A stretch of DNA of 64,000 nt from Lama glama (GCA_028534125.1 CM052816.1:13766001-13830000); one strand, 5' to 3'. Counted from the first letter of the stretch, positions 35,749 through 49,200 are shown. Program-made: numbers and translations. Notes: a model not told the origin generated them from the sequence alone.

Positions 35749-37739
35749 AGAAGAATCAGAACATGATTTTATACATGCCCCTTCTCCCTGCCAAGGGCAG
35801 TTGAGACTGACTGGGACGTGGAAAGTAAGCAAAACAACCTTAAGTTGTTTTCAGACACAGAGACTTTAGGGCCACGGGTTCCTACAGCATAACCAAGCTT
35901 ACCCTGACTGATACGGCAAAGATCTAAATGCAGTTGACGTGCAAAACAGACACACTTACGGTGCCATGCGTCAGTCCTCTCACCTCGGTCAGTAATTAAT
36001 TTCCAGATGCTAATGGTTTAGTGGGTTGGAGAAATGAAGCTCTGAATTACAGTCAGTGTGAGAATAATTTTAACAGATTAGTGGGAAAGATTCCAAAAGA
36101 CATTTCCAAAAGAGATCAAAGAGATTTCTGAGCCACCGTGAGAGCAAAAAACACCATTCCTCAATCTGTATTCCCAGCTGGAATTCTCATCTATCCACAG
36201 ACCAGTCCACTGATACCCTGGAGAGAACCCGGAGCAGGCTATCTCTCCCTCGCCCTCCGGCGCTGCCCGGGGGAGCCGGAGAGCTGGGACTGACCTCAAG
36301 CTGAGAACCCTTCGGGATCTATCATCCATGCCAAGCAGCCTTTGCTCTAAGAAGTCTGTAACAGAGAAAGGGCTAAGGGTTGGTGCCAGTCTTGCACATG
36401 CCATCTCTTCCCAAGCCCAGTCTCTCCATGAAGGAATCCGTGACCTTCCATTTTTCTCTTCTCACAGCTACAGTCAAGAATATTACAAGAACATTATTAT
36501 TTTAATTTAAAAACAACGTGATCTAAACCCTGCGAGCGATAATAATGATCATTTGTTGCTTGCTTTCAATTCGGCACTCTGACGAGCATTTTACATTCCT
36601 TGTTTTATTTCATCCTCATTACAACTCAATTAGGTAGGAACTATTGTCTCCTTTTCTACAAATGAAAAAAGCAAAGCTTAGAGCAGTCAAACAACTGGTT
36701 GAAAGTCAGCCAGTCTAGAAAGGAGAGAACTTAGACAACCTACACAAATCCAGGAGCTGTTCTCTCAGATGAGACACCTCTACTCCCCCTCCTGGCCACA
36801 GCGTTGTATCTCAACCCCACGCCCAAGACAGAAAACCCTGGAGTTTGGTTTTGTTGCTGGCGACCTGATTACATCATTTCTGGTCCTGAAACAACGTTGC
36901 TCTACTGTATTCCCCAGGAGAACCAGGCCCTCAACACCTGCTTAATTTCTTCTTGGCTTTGCAGAGAAGAGTCTGGGAAATTCACCTAAGAAAAAACAAA
37001 ACAAAATGATTCAAAGGAAAAAAAAAAAAAGAAACCCTCCACAGAGGGAGAGAAGTTATTTTCCACTTTGATAATTCTGTGTGACTCACTAGTAACTGTG
37101 GAAGAGAAGAGGGATCTGTGGGCTTGTTCAGGAGCCTCGGGCGGAAATAGACACTGTGAGACCAAGAAGGGGGCAGAACCAGAGGCTGCAGCCAGGAAAC
37201 AAAGGACAGGAAACAGGATTTCTTTTTTTCCTACGTCCAGAACAAAGCTGACGAGGAGTTTGGCAGGAAGAGGGACCACCATTTCATACTTTCGGTGGAA
37301 AAAGGACGAAGTGCTCAAAATGGAAGATATCTGGGAAGGGATGAGTCATGGAGGAGTGAGGATATATAATATTGCCTTTCTGAGAGCAGTCACTTAATAT
37401 TCCTTCTCAGCCGTCTCTTGTTTGAAACTGCCATCCTCCTGCCTTTCCATGGAAGCCAGGAAAAGGCTGGAATCCTCTCCCTTTACTCATGATGGGGCGC
37501 TCAACCTGCGATGCTAAGCTCTCCCCCCTCCCCTTCTTTCTCTCTATCCTATATTGCTGGTCTCGCTCCCTGGAATGCCTCTGCCACTGCTGTTAACATA
37601 GGTACTTCTTCTTTATTTTTAGGTCTTAGCTTAGATGTCACTTTCCTCAAAGCAGCTTTCTCCAACCTTTTTCCTGTGGCAGAGATTGCCAGTCTTTATT
37701 AACTACATTCTTCTGATTGTGTTGGTGCGTGAAGTTCCC

Positions 37740-38175
37740 AGTAAAACACCACATCTCCCAGCTTCATTTGCAATTAGGGGTGGCCACATGACACAGTTGA
37801 AGCTAATGAGGTCTGAACAGAAGCTGTTTGGCTGTATTTCCGGAAAATTTCCCTAGAAGGGAGACCAATTCAACAAGCAAGTTAGCCCTGTTTGCACTTG
37901 GCCCTTCCTCCTTGCCTGCACCTGGGCCTCTGTGACGATGTACGGCACTCCAGCAGCCTTCTGCTCTGCATGAGGTCAAGGACTATACTCTGATGACAGC
38001 AGACTGTTAGAAGGAACCTAACACCCTGATGACCTGGAAGAGTTGCTGTAACAACCCTGGCCTGCTTACTTCCAGACTTTTCATCCTCCAATGGGAAGAA
38101 ACAAGCCCTAAATTGTTTAAGCTACTGTTTGTCAGCTTCTGTTAGTCCTAGGTGAGTACAGCCTCCATTGATAAT
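37740..38175 (+). mobile_element. MLT1J-like LTR
   Basis: TCCCAGCTTCATTTGCAATTAGGGGTGGCCACATGACACAG...TTGTTTAAGCTACTG. Confidence 0.7.
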
Positions 38176-39109
38176 CCTCAAAGCGAATAAATACTTCCTT
38201 GATCTCTCTCTCAAAACATACTGTCCTCTTCCTTCATAGCACTGAAAATTTTATACTTATTTGTTTGTTTGATTAAGTCTATAAGCTCCATGGAGTCTGG
38301 GACTCATTCTTCTTCGCTCACTGCTAAATTCCCAGTACCTTGAAGTCCGGACAGCTAGATTTTGGCAGTAACCATTGAATTCCATCAGTAAACAGCCCCA
38401 CCAATGGCTGAAAAGACAGTCTGAATGTCAAGAAAGCATATAGAAGTCCTTCAAAGGAAACACACTAATGTTGGAATCTCTCTAGAGACAAAGTAGAAAT
38501 AAGCCACGCATGTAGATCAACAAAGCAGAATAAATTTGCCCTTTTAACTCAAGCTGTCTGGCTATTTCATTGCCTGGACTGAGTTTTTGCAGGAGACAAT
38601 GGCAGAAGGTTCAATCAAATGAGGGCACAAGCAATAAAACTGTGAGGATTTTGGAGTTATTAACTGTGGTCACTACTGTGATGATACTACTGTTTGATGA
38701 ACATTTCCTTCAGTTATTCTCTCAAAGTAATTATTTGCATTTATACCCAATTTCTCTGTTTAATAACTCCCAGGATTTTAGCATATAGACTTTCCTCTAT
38801 GGGAGGACATCATCCAAACAAAACTTTTCAGCTTGTGTTTATTTACGTATGTTGGAAGAAGTCATCACTATTGCAAACTGTTTAGACATAGTTCCATTTT
38901 TTTTTCCTGGAAAGTATCTTCAAATGGTTACCTTGGTAGGAAAAATTTTCTCTGGATAAACACCTGTCAAAGTATGGTTATACCTGTTCCCTCTCATCAT
39001 TTGATAAATTTGCATAGACAGTGCACAGTCATGCAGAGCACACATGTAAACTTCAGCTGGGGAGTATAATCTTAACCGTCATCTCGCGATTTGCAAGCAA
39101 CCCCTGATT

Positions 39110-39542
39110 TTGTTGGGGGTCCCCCAGAAGCAGACCTGGATTTGAGAACAACGAGTTCACGTGGGAGGGGCAGAGACACTGGTAAGCGTGACAGAGGGAA
39201 GGAAGGCAGCCAACAAGGGGTGTGTTGGTGAGTCACCAATGACAAAAGGGTCTGGAACTTAACCCTACCGAGAAACTGGGAAATAGTGTAAAAGACATGC
39301 CTCCAAAGTACCCCACCAGAGGGGTGAGGGGGCTGGGGTACTTTTATACCAGTTCCCATCAGTCATGGGTTGAGACTCCTCTCAAGGACATGAATTCCCT
39401 GACAGCCCCCAGAGCAGGGCCGAAGGGCCTTCTATGGTTCTGGAAAAAAACCCTCAAGCACAGAGGTGCAGCTCCTGGCAGTTAGAAAGGTCCAGAGCAC
39501 AAGGGAGCTGAAAGGTCTAAAGGTCACTGAACCTCTGCTGCA
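39110..39542 (-). mobile_element. LTR16-family (ERVL) solo LTR
   Basis: GGGTCCCCCAGAAGCAGACC...GGGCTGGGGTACTTTTATACCAG...TCAGTCATGGGTTGAG. Confidence 0.7.
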
Positions 39543-40482
39543 GCCCCCTACTAGTAATACTCAGACATTGATGTCCTATTTCATAGATGACGTAGGAGAA
39601 ATCTTTGGATGGCACAGGGACAACATTTTTTAAAAATAGTTATCAATTAGGTTTAAAGTTCTCTTTTACTTACTTAATGCATAAGATGCTGATTTTCCCT
39701 TTGTGAAAGTAACATAATACATAAATTGTAAAAGAAACCAGATAAAACAAAGGTGATTTATGGATTTAAAGAAGAATAGTAAAAAAAAAAAAATCAGATG
39801 GTACAGCAATATGCAAAGGTAATGGGGAAGATTGAAGTTTGGGAAACACTGATGGGTATTTTATGAGTAGTAACACTAAAGCATACAGCTAGGACATTAA
39901 GTGTTTAATAAGTGCCTACTGTATACCCAGCACTCTTCTGGAATATAAGAGAAGGCATGACCGTGCAGCGAGGATTTTACAGTAGTAGTAGTAATGGTTA
40001 CCATTTAGTGAGAGTTAATACTTACCATTCCCTTGCCTTCCTCGGGGAAGCTGTACCAGCCTTCATAAAATACACCATACAATTAAAGGGTTGTCTATGC
40101 AGAGAATGAGGGTCAGGCTTTACTAGAGGGTAATTTCACTAAGGTTTCAAAGACAAGAAAAGAAGCCCTCATGGCAGTGGAGCAAAGCCAGAGAGGAGCA
40201 TCTTGGCCCATCAGCAGCCGCAGTCAGAGAACAAGGAAGGCACAGCCTTGGATCCTTCACCCCCTGGCCTCTTACCCCTCTCAAGCTACAGAGCTGGACT
40301 CGGCAGCTGTGAGCTGGAGGGACGGAGAGGAAGTGAACTGCGACAGCACTGCCAGGTAGCTCCCAAACGTGCCATCTTGAGAGGCAGCCTCATTGTGCGA
40401 GAAGACATAAAATCCAGATGGCGATTTTTGGATTTTTAACTCCCTATACAGAAGTCACAATGTCCAGTACATCCTAATTCTA

Positions 40483-40486
<4 letters not shown>

Positions 40487-40527
<41 letters not shown>
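40487..40527. repeat. (GT)20 microsatellite
   Basis: Read directly. Confidence 0.98.
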
Positions 40528-40530
<3 letters not shown>

Positions 40531-40959
40531 GCTAAATGTCATTACCAATGACCAAGCACAAAAATGAAGAAAGTCATGAGGCCAGGATGGGGCGGGGCGG
40601 AGGGACAGTGGCCAGGGGCTACTGCTCGGCTGCATCTAAGTGTTGTGTGGCCTCCAGGGACCGTCACACATGTGAAAGCACAAATTTGGGCTGACAGCAA
40701 CATCACATTCAATCAAGTCCTAGGCTGACCCAGAGAGCCACAGACTCGCTGCGGAAAACGCTTGAATGGTTGACTCAGAAAACAAATAGGGGCTTATTTG
40801 CATTAGAACTTGCATCTGCATGTTGTTTATTTCACTTAGGTGCAGACAACGGAACTGCAGTCTCTGCTCACATAGCTCGACACCCTTCTGATTTCAAACT
40901 GGGTTAGCCAAGCCTGAAACAACCAACCGCAGGGCAGGAGGGAGGGGGTTAATCAAGAG

Positions 40960-41160
40960 GGCACCTTGGAATCAGACAGCCTGGGTCTGAATGCGGGCTC
41001 TGCCGCTCACTCGAGCATGAGACCTGGGGAGACTTGCTTAGTTTCCCAGGGCTTTTCTTCTTCTGTAAAACGGGGACAATATAAACAACCACTTCAAAGG
41101 TTGCCACGAGAATTAAATAAGGCAGATTTTTAGCCTGATACACAGTAAGTGCTTAAGAAA
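40960..41160 (+). mobile_element. MIR SINE
   Basis: GAATCAGACAGCCTGGGTCTGAAT...CTGTAAAACGGGGACAAT...CACAGTAAGTGCTTAA. Confidence 0.8.
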
Positions 41161-41257
41161 TGCATGATCATGACTAAAGATGGCCCTTTTTTTTTTATTG
41201 TAGCAATCTTTATTTTGCCTTTGATGTCCTCCCTCACTTCAGAAGAGCAAAGGGTGC

Positions 41258-41596
41258 TGTTAAATTAATTACACCAGGAAGCCATTAGACTGAGATGGTT
41301 CTAGTGCCATCATGTGATGGCCTACGTAAGCAAGCCAAAATCTAAACCTGGAAATGCCTCAAGCGTAGGAAATCAAAACCTAAGGACAACCAGACACAAA
41401 CAGCCAACTAGGCTCCAAGCCGCAGACAAAGAACTTCTCCTCTTTACTTCTGCATTTTCTGTAGGTTAAGTCTCTCCCTAGCGCCTGTCAGAGGAGGGCT
41501 CCTAACCACTTCTGGACTGGTGCTGCCTGATCTGAATCGACTTTTGCTCAAATAAACTCTTCAAAGTTTCACTGCGCCTCCATTTACCTTTCAACA
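41258..41596 (+). mobile_element. ERV1-class solo LTR (LTR37-like), intact
   Basis: TGTTAAATTAATT...CCTACGTAAGCAAG...AATAAACTC...TTTCAACA; TSD GTGC/GTAC. Confidence 0.85.
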
Positions 41597-41989
41597 GTAC
41601 AAAGAGGAACTGAAACAGAAATGGGGCAAGATTTGACCAAATCCTTGCCTTATAAGAAGATAGAAGAGAGAGGAGGGGGATGCATGAGCAAGGCTCTCAA
41701 ACACCAAGCAGGAACGGAAGACGGGAAAGAGGAGCATAAGGACACACGTCTGCTCATGGGCACAAGCCGCTCTGACTGCGACAGAGCACAACGATCACAG
41801 TAACTTGGCAGGAAACTTTTCTAAATAAAAAGGGAAATAAGAGTAGAATTAAAATGTCTCCTGTAAGGGGGAGAGGCGGCCGTGCTGCTTTGGCTGTAAC
41901 GTCAAAACACTGAGGCGGCCCCTGTGGCTGGAGAGCATCACTCCCGCTACTTTACGGCAGGAGCCCTGGTCTCCCTGGTACCACAGTGA

Positions 41990-42530
41990 CATCTCTCTAT
42001 GATCTCCTGCTCCCATTTTTGCCTCCGGACAAACCATTCTCCACCCAGTGGCCAAAGTTATCTTTTAAAACAATGAATCAGATTATATCACTGCTCTGCT
42101 TCAAATATTCACTAAGGGTTTTCCCAGTGGACTTCACATAAAACCCACACTCCCTGCCACGGCTGGCAAGGTCACGATCTGGCCTCTGGCTGCTTCCCTG
42201 GCCCCCGGCCTGCACCACCATCTCACTCAGGATTGCAGAGCAGGCCAAGCTGGGTCCTGCCACGGGGCTGTTCCCTCCGCCTGGACCACTCGTGCCCGCA
42301 TCTTTGCCTGGCTGGCTTCCCAGCGTGTGAGGCTCAGCTCAGATCAGCTTATGCAAGAGGCCTTCCTCAGACACCCAAGAAAACATGAACTCTCTCGTCC
42401 CGTCCTCTATTCTATTACTTTCGAGCACTTCTATCACCGGGCAAAGCTACGTCTGTTTATACACTTATCTGACTGCTCTCCCCCCATTATGATGTGAGCC
42501 TCTGGAGAGAGGCAACTTGTTCACGAATGA
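41990..42530 (+). mobile_element. L2 3' region
   Basis: CCATTCTCCACCCAGTGGCCA...ATCAGATTATATCACTGCTCTGCTTCAAA...GAGGCCTTCCT. Confidence 0.75.
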
Positions 42531-43335
42531 CTGGAGTGGCACCCAATACAAAGGTAAGATTTCCTGATTAATAAGTAAACAGATGGGCATTTCACTCTCT
42601 TAAACCCTCCCCTATCCCTGCCTCCCCACCATGGGGGAGTTTGTGGTGTGGACCTATAAAAGCAGAAGCTGTCTGAGGCCAGCCTGCCCTTCTATTTTAT
42701 GAAGACCTTACCAAGTCGAAGAGCAGATGGTAGGGGGCTCAGGGCCCAGGAGAGGAAGGGGCCCGGCTTTGAGGGGGAAAGGAGGAGGGGGACTGCAGGC
42801 TGGTGAGTGATGAGGCCCTGGAGGCATTCCCTGGCAGCTCCCTGGGGTGACGTGCAGACCTGGGGAGTGGCAGGATGCAGCAGGGGAGAGAGCTTCCTGG
42901 TGGGCTCAGGGAGGCAGGTGTGCCCTAGAGGCATGAAAGCGCAGGGTCCGTGCTCACCTGAACCTGGACAAGACTGACGCATCAGTCCCCTGGTCCCCCT
43001 ATAGGGGTCTCCTCCATGTCTGGGCACCCTGTTACACCTGGGGATAGAGGAGCTGGAATCATAACTGACACTGAATTTCCTGGAAGCCTGATGGAATGGG
43101 GGCTTCGAGTTGGATTTCATTTGATTTTTTTAAAATAAGGAAGTGATGGGACATTTCAGATGCATCTGAGTTTCAGAAACAGAATATACCTGTTGCTCCA
43201 ATATCTACCAAAGAAACACCCATTCTTACAGCAACTTTTACTTATTGAGACTTAAGAATTCCAGGCCTGCCCTGGGCACTTTTTGCCTCTTACTCCCCTT
43301 AAACCTCAAAACAAGGCTAAGAGGGAGGTGCATGT

Positions 43336-43498
43336 ATTATCTATTATCTATTATATACCTACCTAACTACCTACCATCATTATCTGGTTATCACTATCTA
43401 GCATTTTCTATTATCTATTTCATCTATCATCCTATCAACCAACTATCTATCTATCTATCTACCTTTCTATTCATCCATCCATCCATCCATCCATCCAA
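43336..43498. repeat. Degenerate (TATC)n/(TCCA)n tetranucleotide repeat
   Basis: CTATCTATCTATCT...CATCCATCCATCC. Confidence 0.9.
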
Positions 43499-44374
43499 CA
43501 GATTTAGAAGTCGAGGCCCAAAGATGCTTGGCACCCAGCTCCAGGTCCCTCCAGGGTACGTGCAGAGTGTTGGCTCTCACACTTCTCACTCCTCAGTACC
43601 CAGAGGCGGGTCCACTTTGAGGTCAGCCCCCCTGAGACCCGCACTCCTGCCCCTACCCCCTCCCCCTGCAGGATTTGTGAAAACCTCCTGACCAACCGCC
43701 AAGTCCCTGGCTAGGGCTTCCTGCATCAGCTCTTTGTCTTGCTTCTGGAAACAAGCAAGGACCGCCTGCCTGTCTGTGAACGAGGAGTCTGCTCCCAGGG
43801 AGGAACAAGATGTCCCGTCCCGCACGGCTGCAGGGCAAGGGAAGGGGGAAGTTATTTTCCCCTAAAGGTTTAGGGTTGGGATAATTTTAACCCTGAAGAG
43901 GCTACAACACTGAGATGGAATGAGCTGGCTCTGAGCCCTCCTCTGCCCCAGCACCTCCTGGCGGCACCCAAGGGGACAGAACCACTGCCTGATCTTAGCT
44001 TTTCCTCTCCCACCCACTGAGTGATAGTAAATGTTTTCTTGCCTCAAAGACACAAAGATTTCCTCCTAGAATACGTAGAGGCAGGTGAAGTGGGCAAATA
44101 ACACATAGAAAAACAAATAGAATCATTTGTACCTTCCTGGCAAGGAACATTAATCTATTACTCAGTACGTCATTTTTTTTTAAAGAATCACTGGGGTTCC
44201 CATTTGCTGCCTTAACCACATTCCTCACTGTGCCCACCTACTGCCCAGGGTTATTCCTGGATTGAGGAAAGGCCCGGGAATATGAGTTCATATGGGAGCA
44301 TTTGAGATTTAATCCCTTCCACGTTGGGAAGTGAGAGTTGGATGGGAACGTGGGTGAGGAACAGCATTTAAAAA

Positions 44375-44627
44375 GGAGGGAGGGATGGATTAGGAGTTTG
44401 GGATTAATAAGTACATATTACAGTATGTAAAATAGATAAACAGGGACCTACTGCATAGCACAGGGAATGATATTCAATTTCTTGTAATAAGCTGTAATGG
44501 AAAAGAATCTGAAAAAATATATGTATATAAATGCATAACTGAATTGCTTTGCTGTGCACATGAAACTAACATTGTAAATCGACTACACTTCAATACAAAA
44601 AAAGAATTAAAAATAAAACAAATAAAA
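44375..44627 (+). mobile_element. L1 3' UTR fragment (cetartiodactyl type)
   Basis: CCTACTGCATAGCACAGGGAA...CATTGTAAATCGACTACACTTCAAT followed by an A-rich tail. Confidence 0.88.
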
Positions 44628-45078
44628 TGTTTTTAAAAGACATGCCTGGAGAAGATTACACTTTGGACAAAGGGATGACTGAAGTGGTGGAAGTTCAGCC
44701 ACAAAGTCGGGGCAGGAAACGGCTGGGACCCCATCACATCAGAACGCAAGTCTCTGCCTGGGGCCCTAATCCTGGGGAACCCGTCTGGCTGTTGAGGGAG
44801 CTTCCGTGTCCCAGGCTTTCCGGCCTGAACAGTGAATCCTAGAGGAGACTCTCCAGGGACGCCCTCTGCGCCCCACCCCGGCCCTGCCTGCCTCTCCACA
44901 ATCCCCGTGCCACCAGATTTCATTCCTGAGACCAGGCCTGGACCCAGGGTCAGGGAGGGGAGGGGGCAGCCCAGGAGGGCCTGAAAGAGGGCAGTTCGGG
45001 GCATTTACATATTATCACAGGGCTCAGTCAACAAGGCTCAGTCAACAGGAATTCTCAGTAGTCCAGGCGCTTGCAGAC

Positions 45079-45491
45079 TGGGGGCCATCACAAGGCTGCT
45101 CAGCCCTCCTGCTGAGTCCAGGAGCTGGGGAGGGTGGGCTGTGTAGTTGACTGGCAGCCCCTCTGAACCCTCCCCAGGGCTTGTGCCCAGGCCCTTTGCA
45201 GAGCTGCTCCCAGCAATGACCGAGCGTGCTAGGGTCCTAGCACACAGGATCCTCTAACTCTGGCTGAAGGATTCCCCCACTGGCCTGGCTGAAGCTTTCT
45301 TAGAACCACACAGTGGTCTGAGATGCTTCCCACCGATCTTCCTTCCCAAGGTCTCCTTAAACAGATCTCAGACAAACAGAACAGTCTGAAGGCTCTCTCT
45401 TCCCAGCCATGTCCCTTCCTTTTTCTGCAAATAATCCCCCGCACTCCATCACATCTTGGCATCTGCTCCTCAGACAACCCAAACGAGCACA
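45079..45491 (+). mobile_element. LTR16A-like 5' LTR of an ERVL provirus
   Basis: CCCAGCAATGACCGAGC...GTCTGAAGGCTCTC...CATCTTGGCATCTGCTCCTCAGACAACCCAAACGAGCACA; start approximate. Confidence 0.75.
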
Positions 45492-48400
45492 GGCATGGCT
45501 GGAGAAGGGAAGCAGAAAGCTGGGGCTTGGGGCCTGCCACGCTCACCACCCACCAGAAAGGCAGCAGACATCCTCCTGGGTGCTACGTGGGGCGCAGAGA
45601 ATCCCTCGCACAAGGTGGCAGCCAAATGGCTGAGTTTCCCCGGTGTTGGCCTGGGGAAGCATCCTGGTGGAAGGTGACAGCCTGACAGGTTGAGGGATCG
45701 GGCATCTGAGCGACACTGGGGGTTGGGGGTGACGCCTACAAGATGGCGGAGTTAGCTGGTTACTGCCGAGTTGTCCTGAAGCCCAGCCAGGGAGGAGAAA
45801 CCTAGGGTCACTAACAAACAAACAGTTAAGCACAAAGTGTGAGAGCCAGAGGGCTGATTTGGTAGCTTACAAAGAAGCCCTTATTTCCTGTGGTAGCAAA
45901 GCTAAGAGAACTGAGGAACTGAAGCAGGACTTGATTGTCTGAGTTTCAGAGTTCCAGAGACATTCAAAAGCTCAGCCTAGACCAGATATTATGCTAAGGT
46001 CAACCCCCCGCTGGAAAACCTGGCCCCTGAAATGTGGGCTGGGGATGTGTGGGCAGATGCTCTGGGCCTGTTCATCCCCACGGGGCTGCTCCCCTCCCAG
46101 GGGGTGCCTCCGCAGGGAACATCCACCTCTTTCCGACAAGAGTTAGCGCTTCCGTACGAATTAGCTGGCATGTGTCAGCAGGAGCTGCAGACCTCGGGGA
46201 CTGGATTTGAAGGTTCTTGACCAAAGGGTAAGAACATAGGATTTAAAATACTTTGATTGGGAGGCACTTTCTTGGGACAAGGGATTTAATATCCTGTCAA
46301 GGACCCCAGGAGTCGAGGCAAACTTGCTGCTAGGGTAGCTATGACAGGCAGCCTCCAAGATGGCCCCCAGGGACCCCTGCCTCCTGGTATTCACGCCCTT
46401 GTGTACTCTCTTCCCACTTAGTATGGGCTAAGCTTATGGCTCACTTGTACCAAGTAGAATATGGCAGAAGTGATCGATGTCCCTTCCATGACTAGGTCGG
46501 CTTAAGTCGTAGGCTTTCTCTCTTTCTGGTGCCCAATCTCTCTGCACACACACTTTCTCTTTCTCTCGGACTCCAGCCACCATGTAAAGAAGTCCAGACT
46601 GTCCTGCAGGAGAAGGCACGTGGAGAAGGGAGGTCGCGGAGGATGAGATGTGGAAGAGAACCGAGACACCCCAGCCAGCACCAACAGCCAGTCATGTGAG
46701 TGAGCCTTCTTGGAAGGAAGCAGCCCCTCCAGCCCCAACCAAGCCTTCAGAGGATGCAGACCTGGCTGCCACTTTGACTGCAACCTCATGAGAGTCCCTG
46801 AGCCGGAACCATTCAGCTAAGCCACTTCCGACCTGACCCACAACAACCATGAAATTATGTTTGTTGTTTTAAGCCACTGAATTTTTTTAGGGGATTTGTT
46901 CCACAGCAATAGACAACAAATCCAATAGCTCTCAGAAGCCTGGAGAGAGTGATGACTCACGCTACGCAAAGCGGAAATGCCTGATTTGCACTAAAAGACA
47001 GGAGATGGGGGAATAACGAAGCTGACGACTGGAGTAGACCCGTGATGTGAGGCCAGGGGGTCCCAGGACTGTGTTCCATGAGCGAGTCCAGAGGACAAAC
47101 CATTAACCAAGACCATCAGGATCTTATTAACTTAGTGTCACTGAGGAGTTCAGTGGGGGCTCTCCTTTGCAGGCCAGAGAGAGAGTCACAGAGGTAGGCT
47201 TGTCAACGTCCACGGGGACGACCCCTCATTCTCAAGTAACAGAGGCCAGATGTCAATCATCAGAAGCCAGCTCTGGTGGTTTTTACCGTAACAACTGGCA
47301 AGTTTGGAGGGGCAGCCAAGGGAAACTGTCCTGCAGGGGGTCTGGAGATTGTTGGTAGAGCCTTCAACAAGGCGTTCCTAGGTGTCAAATAGATAAGCAG
47401 CCCACAGAGTGATGTTTGGCATTTATAATAACAACGTAGTAAGCGTGGAGGAGCAGGATACTGAGGGAAACTGGCCCAAGGAGTCATGGACCTCGACTCA
47501 GTTTCTAGATCAAGTCAATTTTCGGATCCAGATCCTACTGACTGAAGGGTGGATGGGTCCTTAACAGAAAGGACCCAGCAACACCACAGAAGGTATATAC
47601 TAGAACATTTACTCAGCACACTGTGAAAACAAGAATAGTCAGATACTGAAAGGCCCTTGGGCAGATCTGAGGTTACACTGATAGCCAGAGAACCAAAGCC
47701 TTACCATGGCCCCCCTGTAGAGTCGGGGCTGGTAAGGATCAGGTTATAAATGGAATCACCGTTAATGTCTGGCTCATGGTAGGTCCCCTGGATAGGCAAA
47801 ACACCCGTGATCATTCTCCCCACCCTTGAGTATAAATTGGAATTGATAGGTTCAGCAGTTGGTATTATACCCAGAGTGGGTCCTTGGCCTTTGCATAAGA
47901 GCTACCACAGTGGAGAAGCTCAGACAGAAACTTCTGAAGCTGTTCCCTCCTTCCTGGCCAAGAACGTAAATAAATAAAAGCACATCCTAGAGGGGTGGAA
48001 GAGATTACCACCATTAAAAATTTAAAGTATACAGGGTTGGTGGTCCCTCTTGTATCTTCACTTAATTTGCCAGTAGGACTCCTGCAGAGACCAGACGGAT
48101 CTGGAGAATGACTGCAACTCAAACAATGAGTAGCCCTGATTGCAACTGCTGTGCTGGACATGGCATTTTTGCTCTAGAAGATTAATAAGGCCTAAGGTAC
48201 ATGGTATGTGGCTCTTGATTTGGTAAATGTGTTTTCTATTTTTGTTAGAAAAGAATCAGAAATGGTACACATTACCAAGAAACTAACAACATTCATTTGC
48301 TTTGGCTTCCATGGACCACAGAGATGTGGACCACCTGGACATCCCACAGAGCATCACACTGATTCGTTGTATTGATGGCATCAGGCTGATCAAGCAGCAT

Positions 48401-49200
48401 GAGCAAGAGGTCGCCAGACGCTGGAAGCCCTAGTAAGAGAAGTGCACCGCACAAGGCTGGATACAAATGCTACAGAGAGTCAGGGACCAGCACAGCCACT
48501 GTGAAGGTTTTAGGGGTCTAATGGTTAGAGCTGTACCAGAACATCCCCTCTAAAGTAAAAGACAGACCCAGTGGGAGAATCATGATGCTGTCCTGAAATT
48601 CCAGAGTGAGACAATGCAATCTGAGGCAGGCAAGCACACATCTTTGTAGAAACAACTCTTGATGTGTTCCTGGGTCCTAGTAGAGACAGAATGCTTGACC
48701 TTTGGGTACAGAATGATCATGTATCTTTAATTGTCTAACTATGAGCTGGGTTATGTCATACCCACCAAGTGAGAGAGTTGGGTGGCCCCAGCAGCAGTAC
48801 AGTGTAAGCTGGGAATGGTATATTTGGGACCAAGCTGCCTGGATGGATAGTCCAGACCCCATGTCACCTATCACATCTGAATAAGTATCCCTTCCCCTGC
48901 TTACACTTTTGCCTTGTTGGGGGCCCTTGAGACCAGCTGCAGGCAGAGAGGAAGAACCCCTAGGTTGCTTGATAGATAAGCTGGCCTTGTTGCCAGATAC
49001 AAGGCAAAAATGGATGGTGGCTGCAATATAGCCACAGTCAAGGGTGGTCTTGAATGGATGAAGCGGAGATAGAAAATCCTGCCAATGGGTGGATGTAGCT
49101 GCAAGTGATGCATGAACCACCCATTTTGTGTGAAAGCAAAAGTGCTCTGAGGTGAGCACATATAGAGGCTTACAGGCACAGGGCATCAGGTCATCTGATC
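45492..49200 (+). mobile_element. Decayed HERV16/ERV3-16A3-like ERVL internal region (gag/pro/pol remnants)
   Basis: Directly follows the LTR16. RT remnants INKA*GTWYVALDLVNVF (48181-48234) and ITLIRCIDGIRLI (~48353-48391, YIDD decayed to CIDG), with stops and frameshifts. Confidence 0.8.
46340..46924 (+). mobile_element. MLT1E/F-like solo LTR inside the ERVL
   Basis: CAGGCAGCCTCCAAGATGGCCCCCA...GTTTTAAGCCACTG...CAGCAATAGACAAC; 5-bp TSD GTAGC/ATAGC. Confidence 0.88.

Noticed and set aside
21982..41596. One provirus bounded by the two related LTRs
   Set aside because: The LTRs are inverted, each has its own TSD, and no ERV1 internal sequence is evident between them.
45021..45048. 14-bp tandem duplication GGCTCAGTCAACA(A/G)
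   Set aside because: An ordinary slippage-scale duplication with no functional indication.
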